From assembly GCA_965198115.1 (NCBI GenBank), contig OZ240241.1, positions 4,384,001-4,448,000 on the forward strand: 64,000 bases of DNA, written 5' to 3'. Positions within the stretch are counted from its first letter, which is position 1, and the number at the start of each line of letters is the position of its first letter. This document shows, piece by piece, positions 51,818-59,995 of this stretch. The DNA is from Candidatus Latescibacterota bacterium (lineage in GTDB: Bacteria; Latescibacterota; UBA2968). Both the position numbers and the translations under genes were made by a program. Under the pieces are notes generated by a model. That model had not been told where the DNA came from. It saw only the letters and a program-made list of their open reading frames with translations, and made no database searches.

Positions 51818-51838
51818 CCGGAATGTGAGATCCACATC

Positions 51839-52423
51839 ATGCTCGAATGGCTCAAATCGATCTTTACCGGAGACAGCCCCCCCGTCGACGAGCCTCTGCC
51901 ACAGCTCGAGATGTTGCGCGATCACCTCAACGACCTGCCAGCCATCGTCATCCCCAATGGCTACGAATTGCGCACCTATCGAGACGGGGACGAACAGGCT
52001 TGGTGCGACATCATGGAAAACAACGTCGGTCAGAACTGGACGCGGGAGCGGTGCCGTATGCGCCTGATCGACGATCCGCGTTTCGACGGAGAAAATCTGT
52101 TCTTCGCGGTCCACGATGGGAAACCCGTTGCCAGCGCGTGCGCGTGGAAGGCCACGGTCGAAGAATCCGTCATGGGCGAGGTCCATATGGTCGCCGCCCT
52201 CGAATCCTACCGTGGCAAAGGTCTCGGACATCTCGTCAACACAGCCGTTCTCCACAGACTCCAAGAGCTCGGTTTCCAAAAGAGCCATCTGAAGACCGAC
52301 GACTACCGGCTGGCTGCCATTAACTCCTACCTCAAGGCCGGATTCGAACCCCTCAACACGCATATCAGCCACGCTGAGCGATGGGAAGCGATTATGGAAC
52401 GCCTGGAAGAAGGGCGAGCTTAA
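51839..52423 (+). CDS. GNAT family N-acetyltransferase
   Basis: VHMVAALESYRGKGLG acetyl-CoA motif; AINSYLKAGF. Confidence 0.85.
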   Translation: MLEWLKSIFTGDSPPVDEPLPQLEMLRDHLNDLPAIVIPNGYELRTYRDGDEQAWCDIMENNVGQNWTRERCRMRLIDDPRFDGENLFFAVHDGKPVASACAWKATVEESVMGEVHMVAALESYRGKGLGHLVNTAVLHRLQELGFQKSHLKTDDYRLAAINSYLKAGFEPLNTHISHAERWEAIMERLEEGRA

Positions 52424-52516
52424 TGGCACAGAGGTTATTGTCACCCCGACACGCCTCTTTGCGCCAACCAGCTGAGAATCACCTCCTTCCCGAATGCTCG
52501 ATTCTCGATCATCAAT

Positions 52517-53185
52517 TCAATAGTTCATCCCCATCGCAGCCTTGACACGCTCCAACGTCTGCTGACCCCGTATTCGTGCCTGCGACCCACCGAGGTTCAA
52601 CACGTCATTCACGAACGTAGGAACATACGTCTTCACTGCCTCTACAACAGTGTCACCGTCTTCACAGAAGTAAGGGGTCGGAATCGGAAAGACCTCCTCG
52701 TAGGCATCGTTGAACCGGCACGCAACGGCCTGCGCGAGCTCGATGTTCTCCCTTTGACTTTCAAAGACCAGCACGTAACGCGCTCCGAACATGAGAATGT
52801 CGGCGACTTGTGAAACCGGATAGCCCACGACGCTGAGGGACGTTCGTTTGGGCATTTCTCCCTGTTTCCGAATGTGCTTGCTCAGAAGATCCGTCAGCGT
52901 CACGAGGTTTCCCAAGATCATTGTCAGCTCCGACAGTTGTGGTACGGCCGACTGTAGAAAGCAGACCGATTGCTCGGGATCGAACCCGGCTACGAGGAAT
53001 CGTTCGACCGTCGCCTGGATCGCCCGATTCATCTTGATCCCGTGCTGACCCTTCCTCGTCAACGCCTGGTAATCTGCGATCATAAAGTGGCACTGGAACG
53101 TTTCCTGATAACCGAACAGCGGAGCGAGCCTCTCTGTTTTGCCTTCGAGCGCGGGTAGCACACCCGTAATCGCTACATCTCTCAT
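52517..53185 (-). CDS. Truncated tryptophanyl-tRNA synthetase paralog lacking HIGH, KMSKS and anticodon-binding domain
   Basis: IADYQALT, AGFDPEQS..FLQSAVPQLSELT, GYPVSQVADIL, RFNDAY..VFPIP and terminal TLERVKAAMGMNY are TrpRS-like; the ORF is uninterrupted (222 aa). Confidence 0.75.
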   Translation of the reverse strand: MRDVAITGVLPALEGKTERLAPLFGYQETFQCHFMIADYQALTRKGQHGIKMNRAIQATVERFLVAGFDPEQSVCFLQSAVPQLSELTMILGNLVTLTDLLSKHIRKQGEMPKRTSLSVVGYPVSQVADILMFGARYVLVFESQRENIELAQAVACRFNDAYEEVFPIPTPYFCEDGDTVVEAVKTYVPTFVNDVLNLGGSQARIRGQQTLERVKAAMGMNY

Positions 53186-53421
53186 CTCGAGCCATCCCTT
53201 CGTCTTTCTTGGAGTCTTGGTGTTTTGGTGGTTTGCTTGTCTAAACGAAAAAAGGCCGCGCACCCCCCGAAGGGACACGCGGCCTTGAGCCAGCATCGAT
53301 CGCGTCCGTCATCCGGTGGTGGGCGTACCTCTCCATCCAGCCACCACCACCAGCCACGAACGCTCGTGTCAGACACCATCGACAGTCTGCTGACACCGTT
53401 CTGCATTCCGTGCACGATCAT
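53182..53421 (-). CDS. Putative Trp leader ORF (RGWWWWL)
   Basis: Four tandem TGG codons at 53341-53352; ATGA overlaps with both the sigma stop and the TrpRS-like start; alternative ATG at 53379. Confidence 0.6.
   Translation of the reverse strand: MIVHGMQNGVSRLSMVSDTSVRGWWWWLDGEVRPPPDDGRDRCWLKAACPFGGCAAFFRLDKQTTKTPRLQERRRDGSR
53248..53286 (-). terminator. Intrinsic terminator/attenuator upstream of the TrpRS-like gene
   Basis: AAGGCCGCGTGTCCC-TTCG-GGGGGTGCGCGGCCTTTTTT on the minus strand. Confidence 0.85.
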
Positions 53422-55427
53422 TTTTCGACTCTCAGTCCCACCTTCACTTCTTCGACGAACTGACCCACTCTCCAAACCGCCTCCCCGATCTCGGTGAACG
53501 AATAGACCCCGTTTTCTCTGTTCATCAGGCTGTGCCGACCTTCCATCACCATCTGTCGTCGTGTCGTGGAATAGTCCCCGCACACCGACGCGACGATCCG
53601 GGTCAGCTCCTCTTCCTCGTAGTCTCGGATCTCTGGCAGCGTCCGAAGCCCCAGAATGGGATCGATATGCATCTCCTTGCCTCTGCTGGCTCCCTCATCC
53701 AGATACGCGGCTCCACGGATCCGTTCGATACGACGCAGTTCAAGCTCGGTCCGTTGCCGCGGTCCTTCGCCGACGTAAAGCGCGCGGGCGGCGACCTTCA
53801 TCAGTCTTCGATCACCTGATTTGGCGATCCGCGAGAGACAGGCACGCTTCTCGTCATCCGTAGCGACCTTTTTGTAGGCTCTCACTGCCGTCTCACGAAC
53901 GGATGGGTCTTCGTCTTCCTCCAGCCGCTCGAGTATGACGTCCTTGGCATCCACGTTGGCCCGCTTTCCCATCTCGTTCAGCACGCGCACACGTTCCGAG
54001 GGATCTTGATCGGTCACCTTCTCGATCAGTTCCTCCACGGTCTCCCGCACTTTGACACCCGGCACGTTGTACATCCGGCACGCGTCGAGAGCTCGGAGCC
54101 GGATGACCTCGTCATCTGATTCTGCAAGCGCCTTCAGCGAAGGGTGAATCCGGGCCGGCAGGAAGTGAACTTTCTCTCTGAAGAAGGATGTGTTGCGATG
54201 GAACGGCACCAGCATCAGTTCGTCCAGCATCCGGAAAGTGCGCTTGGAATCGCCCTCCTTGAAGACGCCGATCGCTGCGTCGCACAGCGGCTCGACGAGA
54301 TGAGCCAACGCCTTTCTCACGCCATACTCGACTTCATCATTCTCATCCAGCTCCCAGAACGCATCCCACAGCACCGGAAAGGCTTCCTCCGGATATCCGA
54401 GCAGGACCCGTGACAGCTCGAACATCTCTTTGTGAGTCTGTCCGGGTTGGCCGGAGTCTTTGATCGTCTGAATCAGCCGGACCAGCAGGCGAACCTTTTT
54501 CGCTTCCGTTGCGGGCGAGGCAATCACACCATCCAGCAGCAGGTTCACACCCCTCACGCCGTACCAGGATCTCAGAATCCAGCGTTCGGCCACCCGTGCC
54601 GCACGTTCCGCCAGTTCTTCGTCTTCCGACAGGCAGCAAGTGGCGAGAACCGGCATCGCCGGGACCAGCGAAAACCTCACGACGTGCGCGATGTGCACGA
54701 GACGCTCGTCGGTATCCGCCACTTTGAGCAGGTCGACCAGGCGAGCCGAATCGGCCTCGATCACCTGTCTCAACCGAACCATCGGCTCGCTATGGCCTTT
54801 GACCCTATCCACACCGTTCGCCGCCTCGACCTCCTCTTTCAGCGCGTCGAGCAGCTCGAGCTCGAGCCTGAAGCGAATCGCAAGATCTGTCTCTTCCATT
54901 GTGTAATCCTCTAAGCCTGAGATGGCTTTCCGCAAAGCGTTCTTGGCGCGGTGAATCCGACTCATCACCGTGCCGATCGGCATACCCAAATCATCGGCGA
55001 TCTCCTGGTAGGAGAGTCCAATCCGATAGCACAGATCCAGGATCTGTTGATGGTCCGAATTCAGCAGAGCGATGCCGTGAGCCACGCGATCGTATTCCTG
55101 GGCATCATCCTCGCGCTGTATCGTCTCGACCAGGATCTCCGGATCGGGAATCGCCTTCTGCACACGATACCAGGACCGACAGAGGTTCCGTGTGATCGTG
55201 CGAAGCCACGCCGCGAAGAACTCGGGGTTACGCAACTGATCGAGTTTGAGATAGGCTTCGACGAATGACTCGAGGACGAGATCTTCCGCATCATCCTCAT
55301 CCCGCGTGAACTTCCGACAGATGGCGCGAACGTCGGCCTCGAAGGCCTGCATCAAGGTCCCAAACGCATCCCGATCGCCGTCCCTCGCCTTTAGAACTAG
55401 GTGCGTGTAAGAGGTCTGGGTCTTCAT
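53418..55427 (-). CDS. ECF sigma-70 factor with ~500-aa C-terminal extension (HEAT-like repeats, DUF2087-like tail)
   Basis: DAEDLVLESFVEAY, FAAWLRTITRNLC, LSYQEIADDLGMPIGTVMSRIHRAK; repeats DEVIRLRAL, DPSERVRVL, DPSVRETAV; tail YEEEELTRIV..DYSTTRRQMV. Confidence 0.8.
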   Translation of the reverse strand: MKTQTSYTHLVLKARDGDRDAFGTLMQAFEADVRAICRKFTRDEDDAEDLVLESFVEAYLKLDQLRNPEFFAAWLRTITRNLCRSWYRVQKAIPDPEILVETIQREDDAQEYDRVAHGIALLNSDHQQILDLCYRIGLSYQEIADDLGMPIGTVMSRIHRAKNALRKAISGLEDYTMEETDLAIRFRLELELLDALKEEVEAANGVDRVKGHSEPMVRLRQVIEADSARLVDLLKVADTDERLVHIAHVVRFSLVPAMPVLATCCLSEDEELAERAARVAERWILRSWYGVRGVNLLLDGVIASPATEAKKVRLLVRLIQTIKDSGQPGQTHKEMFELSRVLLGYPEEAFPVLWDAFWELDENDEVEYGVRKALAHLVEPLCDAAIGVFKEGDSKRTFRMLDELMLVPFHRNTSFFREKVHFLPARIHPSLKALAESDDEVIRLRALDACRMYNVPGVKVRETVEELIEKVTDQDPSERVRVLNEMGKRANVDAKDVILERLEEDEDPSVRETAVRAYKKVATDDEKRACLSRIAKSGDRRLMKVAARALYVGEGPRQRTELELRRIERIRGAAYLDEGASRGKEMHIDPILGLRTLPEIRDYEEEELTRIVASVCGDYSTTRRQMVMEGRHSLMNRENGVYSFTEIGEAVWRVGQFVEEVKVGLRVEK

Positions 55428-55428
55428 C

Positions 55429-56359
55429 TCACTCGAAGGTGGCGAGCAGTGACTTGATCCTGTCCAGAAATGCCGGACCCTTCTTCTCGTTGGCGTAACT
55501 GTAGAACAACCGCTCGAAGATCAGGATCGCCAGCGTGTAGAACCTGTAGAGCGGCGCATCCCGGTCCAGACGCAGGCCATATCCCGACAGAAGCCGTTCG
55601 ACGTCGAACGGTAGCCGAGGGTTGTCGATGTGGCGTTCGATGATCGCGATCTCGAGGAGCGGGTCCCCGGCCATCGCCTCGGCATAGTCCAGGATACCGA
55701 CAATACGCCTGCCCTCTTTCGACAGGATCAGGTTGCCATTGTAGAAGTAGTCCATATGGAGAAGCCGCTTTTCGACCTGCTCCAGTTGTGGATGAAGACG
55801 CGATGGCAGCGAGCAAAGGATGTCGGCTTCATCGCGTGTGAGCAGCCCCTGGTCGTAGTAGTCCTTCGATGCCACCTCGCAGGGGAACATCTCCCCCCAG
55901 TGATCCGAAGCGGGTCCGAACCAACGCTCGGGAGGATCGTCCCCGAGGAAGCAGAAGGGCCCATCAAACGTGAGGTCGTGGATTCGGCGCAGTTGTTCGC
56001 CACACTCACCTTCATCCAACAGAAACGAATCATCCTGCCAATGGGCCTGCACACCGTCGATGTACTCCCAGATGCTCGCCCCACGGCCGTCTCGGTCTTC
56101 GCCCCGGTCCAGACCTATGAGTTCGGGCACGGGCAGTCCGGCTTCTTGTAGCCTCTGATGGAAGTAGACCCCGACCGGCTCAGCTTGAACGTTTCGCTGG
56201 ACCTTGAGGAACATCATCTCCTGTCCCTTCCGGACGCGGTAGCAGTAGTTCGCACGCCCCGAGGGGTGGGCGCACACGTTCGACCGCATCCGGCGCATAG
56301 CCCAGAAGGTTCTCCGCCCTAGCGAGGGCATCGGAATCGATATCTGTGGCCTTGTTCAT
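55429..56359 (-). CDS. Aminoglycoside phosphotransferase/choline kinase-like protein (possible frameshift near 56280)
   Basis: FLKV, AGLPVPEL, LLHMDYFYNGNLIL, ILDYAEAMAGDP. A plausible N-terminus MNKATDIDSDALARAENLLG from ATG 56359 is out of frame with the ORF at 55429-56331. Confidence 0.72.
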
Positions 56360-56407
56360 TGGTTACACCCTATCGACGCGATCTCTATCCATTTATTCCA
56401 GCAAGAA

Positions 56408-56442
56408 CGAAAAAACCCGCATCCGATTGTCCGGAGCGGGTT
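56408..56442 (-). terminator. Attenuator terminator
   Basis: AACCCGCTCCGGA-CAA-TCGGATGCGGGTTTTTT on the minus strand. Confidence 0.85.
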
Positions 56443-56469
56443 CAAGGCGATTCTCAGTGGAACTCGAAT

Positions 56470-56568
56470 TCAGCGCAATCGACACGACCCTCCGGACACG
56501 AGTAGACCTGTCCAGCCCCACCATAGGCCGGTTGTACTGAGGGTCGAAAGAGGAGATCGGGTCGCCAT
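56470..56568 (-). CDS. Trp attenuator leader peptide MATRSPLSTLSTTGLWWGWTGLLVSGGSCRLR
   Basis: TGG TGG GGC TGG at 56512-56523; lies between a promoter and a terminator; mutually exclusive stems are present. Confidence 0.75.
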   Translation of the reverse strand: MATRSPLSTLSTTGLWWGWTGLLVSGGSCRLR

Positions 56569-56578
56569 CACAGCAAAA

Positions 56579-56607
56579 AGGATAGACGGAACCTCATTTC
56601 GTGTCAA
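56579..56607 (-). promoter_or_regulatory. Sigma70 promoter of the Trp-leader unit
   Basis: TTGACA-N17-TATCCT on the minus strand; the predicted TSS falls at the leader start. Confidence 0.75.
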
Positions 56608-56694
56608 GCCGCAAGACCTTATCATACCGCTCGAATCGCTGGAACATCGCCTGTTCTCTCCTGACGACTGACAACTGACGGCTGGAAACTGCCT

Positions 56695-58146
56695 ATGGGC
56701 CCCAACCTCCTTTACATCCACTCCGACCAGCACAGCCCTTTTGTCGCCGGCTGCTACGGCGATGAAGCCATCGAAACACCCCATCTCGATCGACTGGCCG
56801 CTCGCGGGGTCACGCTGGACAACGTCTACTGCCCATCGCCGATCTGCGTGCCGTCGCGAATGGCAATGCTGACCGGTCGCTACCCACACGAAAACGAAGT
56901 CTGGACCAACAACCACATCCTCGACTCCGCCATACCCACGTTCGCTCACGCGATGGGAGCGGCGGGTTACGATCCGATCCTTGTCGGCCGAATGCACTCG
57001 AACGGGCCTGACCAGCTTCACGGCTATGCCGAGCGGTTCGTAGGCGACCACGGCCCGAACCTGCCGAACGGTCGCCCCGTCAATCACGGTATGCTGCAAG
57101 GAACGGCCGGGCCCAGTCGTGTGAGTATTCGAAAGTCAGGTATCGGCCAGAGCGCCTACCAGGTTCACGACGAGGACGTGACAGCTGCGACCGTTGCCTG
57201 TCTCGACCGTCTTGGTGTTCAGTCCAGAGCGGGAACACTCTCGAAGCCCTTCAGCCTCTCCGTTGGCTTTATGCTCCCACACCAACCGTTTGTGGCCCGT
57301 CGCGAGGATTTTGAACGATTCGCCGGGCGTGTGCCTCCACCTCGATCACCGGTCCCATACTCTGAGGATCTACATCCACACTTCCAAAAATGGCGACAGG
57401 AATGTGGCATCGCGACGGAGATTCCTGCCCATCAAGTGGACAGTGCACGCACCGCCTATTGGGCCCTCGTCTACCGAAAGGACGCGATGATCGGTCAGAT
57501 CCTCGACGCGTTGAAGGAGAATGGCTTCGAAGACGACACGATCGTCGTCTACTCGTCGGATCACGGCGAGCAGGTCGGTGAACACGGTCTCTGGTGGAAG
57601 CAAACGTTCTACGACGATTCGGCCAAGGTCCCTGGTATCATCGCCTGGCCGGGAGAGATCCCGGAAGGGACCCGAATCGATCGCGTCGTCAGCGCGCTCG
57701 ACATCAACGCCACGATGATCGACGCTCTGGAAGGCCCACCCCTTCCAACGAGCCGTGGACGATCCCTGTTACCTCTCTGGGGCGACCCGAGCTCGGAGTG
57801 GGAAGATATCGCATTCAGCGAGTACTGCACCGAGGACGGCTGCCTCCATCGGATGATCAGGCGTGGTCCTTGGAAACTCTGTTATTACCACGGTCAGCCC
57901 TCCCAGCTGTTCAATGTGGAAAAAGACCCGCGAGAGATGACTGACCGGATCGACGACCCCGAGTGCACAGACATCGCATCCGAGCTGACCAGTCGGGTTC
58001 TGGACGGCTGGGATCCGGATCTGATCTGGGAGAGGATTCAGACAAAGACGGAGGAATGGAATCTGCTGGCGCGATGGGGACGCAGCGTGCAGCCCGAAGA
58101 CACTCATCGATGGGATCTTCGCCCCGAGATGGACTACCTCGAGTGA
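56695..58146 (+). CDS. Cys-type sulfatase (choline-sulfatase-like)
   Basis: PNLLYIHSDQH, CPSPICVPSRMAMLTG (CxPxR), GRMH, SSDHGE, WWKQTFY. Confidence 0.9.
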   Translation: MGPNLLYIHSDQHSPFVAGCYGDEAIETPHLDRLAARGVTLDNVYCPSPICVPSRMAMLTGRYPHENEVWTNNHILDSAIPTFAHAMGAAGYDPILVGRMHSNGPDQLHGYAERFVGDHGPNLPNGRPVNHGMLQGTAGPSRVSIRKSGIGQSAYQVHDEDVTAATVACLDRLGVQSRAGTLSKPFSLSVGFMLPHQPFVARREDFERFAGRVPPPRSPVPYSEDLHPHFQKWRQECGIATEIPAHQVDSARTAYWALVYRKDAMIGQILDALKENGFEDDTIVVYSSDHGEQVGEHGLWWKQTFYDDSAKVPGIIAWPGEIPEGTRIDRVVSALDINATMIDALEGPPLPTSRGRSLLPLWGDPSSEWEDIAFSEYCTEDGCLHRMIRRGPWKLCYYHGQPSQLFNVEKDPREMTDRIDDPECTDIASELTSRVLDGWDPDLIWERIQTKTEEWNLLARWGRSVQPEDTHRWDLRPEMDYLE

Positions 58147-58193
58147 TCGAGTATCGAACATTGAACAATGGCTGATTGCTCCGCACAGAGACT

Positions 58194-58223
58194 GGTGACC
58201 CTGAGCGGAGTCGAAGGGCGACC
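58194..58223 (+). repeat. REP-like hairpin GGTGACCCTGAGCGGAGTCGAAGGGCGACC
   Basis: Core shared with 47722-47741; variants at 42308 and 62188. Confidence 0.7.
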
Positions 58224-58327
58224 ATATCAGCGTCACCACCGAGTTCACTCCGAAAGTCAAAGTAGACCACGGCCAAGAAGCGTACCGGGGTGACAACTCC
58301 CTACACAGTTACTTTCAGGAGTAAACT

Positions 58328-58744
58328 ATGGGAAATAATCAGACAATCGGAGGCGGGGGCTTTCATCACGTAGCCATCCGCGCGCACGATTTCGATGCGT
58401 CCGTCAAGTTTTACACCGAGGCGCTCGGATTCACCGAGAAGATCGCGTGGGGGGAGGGAGACGGACGTGCAATTATGCTCGATACGGGCGATGGCAACTA
58501 TCTCGAGATCTTCGCCAACGCGAAGCCGGGAGAGAAGCCGGAGGGATCGATCATCCACTTTGCCCTTCGCACGTCCGACGCCGACGGCGCGATCGAACGG
58601 GCACGAACGGCTGGAGCGAACGTAACGGTAGAGCCGAAGGATGTCGAGATCCAGAGCCGACCTCAACCCACACCGGTCCGCCTCGCTTTTTTCGAGGGAC
58701 CCGACGGGGAAACCATCGAGCTATTCCAGAACGAAACGACGTAG
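58328..58744 (+). CDS. VOC/glyoxalase family protein
   Basis: FHHVAIR, FYTEALGF, YLEIF, IHFALR, FFEGPDGETIELF. Confidence 0.88.
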   Translation: MGNNQTIGGGGFHHVAIRAHDFDASVKFYTEALGFTEKIAWGEGDGRAIMLDTGDGNYLEIFANAKPGEKPEGSIIHFALRTSDADGAIERARTAGANVTVEPKDVEIQSRPQPTPVRLAFFEGPDGETIELFQNETT

Positions 58745-58745
58745 A

Positions 58746-58828
58746 CATCGAATATCGAGGACTGAACATCGAGAAATGGAGAGACCGCCTTACCAATTCT
58801 CGATTTTCGATCCTCGATCCTCGATTCC
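58746..58828. repeat. Facing (inverted) arrays of 7-mer TCGA-core repeats
   Basis: atcgaat atcgagg actgaac atcgaga ... ttctcga ttttcga tcctcga tcctcga. Confidence 0.75.
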
Positions 58829-58840
58829 AGGAGGTTGCCT

Positions 58841-59810
58841 TTGTACCCAGCCTACCAGATAGATGACTGTTCGGACGACAACCTCAAATTTGTCGTCCAA
58901 ACCGGGGTTAACCACATCGTGCACGCCACGCACAAGCCCTTTATGATCGAAGGGAAGGGTTACTGGTCGAAGGATGCGCTGGTCGAGTTCAAAGAGCATT
59001 TAGAGTCATACGGAATCAGCATTGAAGTGATGGCGCCTCCGTTGCACGCCAACTTCATCGAAGACGCCGATAACCCGAGCATTATGCTCGGAAAGGACGG
59101 ACGCGATAAGGAGATCGACGACGTCATCGAGTGCGTCAAAGCCGGGGGTGAAGTTGGGATTGGATCCCTTGCCTGAAGTACAATATGACCCTCCTCGGTG
59201 TCGGCTCGACTTACTATTTCAACTTCGAGGAGAAGAGAGAGACGGACAAAGAACTGACCTCGGCAGGGATGGTCGATGCCGATGCGATGTGGGAGCGCAT
59301 CAGCTACTTCCTCGAGCGTGTCATTCCTGTGGCCGAGGAATACAAGGTCAAGATGGCGTGCCATCCCCACGACCCGGGGATGCCATCCTCGGGATACCGC
59401 GGGATCGATCGCGTTTTGGGCACCGTCGAGGGCGCCAAGAAATTCGCCGACCTCGTCGACAGCCCGTATCACGGCTTCAACTTTTGTCAGGGCACTTTTG
59501 CAGAAATGCTCGAGAACCCGGGGAAAGAGATTTTCGACGTTATCCGATACTTTGGGGAGCGGAAGAAGATCTTATGGTCCACTTCCGGAACATCCGAGGC
59601 AAACGGCTCGAATTCGAGGAAACCTACATCGACGAAGGGGATGTCGACATGTGGGAGGCAATGAAGGTTTACAAGGGGGTCGACTACGACGGTGTTTTCT
59701 GTCCCGATCACGTTGCGGAGTCGGATCGGGACTCAGCCTGGGGCCATCGTCAGCGCGCATACACCGCCGGCTACATCAAAGCGCTGATCAAAGCGGCGCA
59801 GAACCCTTGA
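58841..59810 (+). pseudogene. Mannonate dehydratase (UxuA)-like gene with multiple lesions
   Basis: [48 protein letters not shown] and PDH are spread over three ORF segments; frameshifts near 59162 and 59572. Confidence 0.8.
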
Positions 59811-59995
59811 AATCGAGAATGTGGTGATCGAGAATCGAGAACGACCAATGTTTGGCGTAACAGAGTTCGGATCTCTCTTGTCTATCCATCCAGATAGCGG
59901 AGGATGGTCGTTCCAGAGGATAGAAGGCAGAGGACAGCACAACGAGCTACGCCCGATTCCCAAGTCTCGATCTTCGATTCTCGATGCTCGATGCT
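59810..59995. repeat. Facing arrays of 7-mer TCGA-core repeats
   Basis: aatcgagaat..gatcgagaatcgagaa ... tctcgat cttcgat tctcgat gctcgat. Confidence 0.7.

Noticed and set aside
53182-53421. T-box riboswitch upstream of the TrpRS-like gene
   Set aside because: No AGGGTGGNACC T-box sequence is visible before the terminator. Tandem Trp codons explain the region better.
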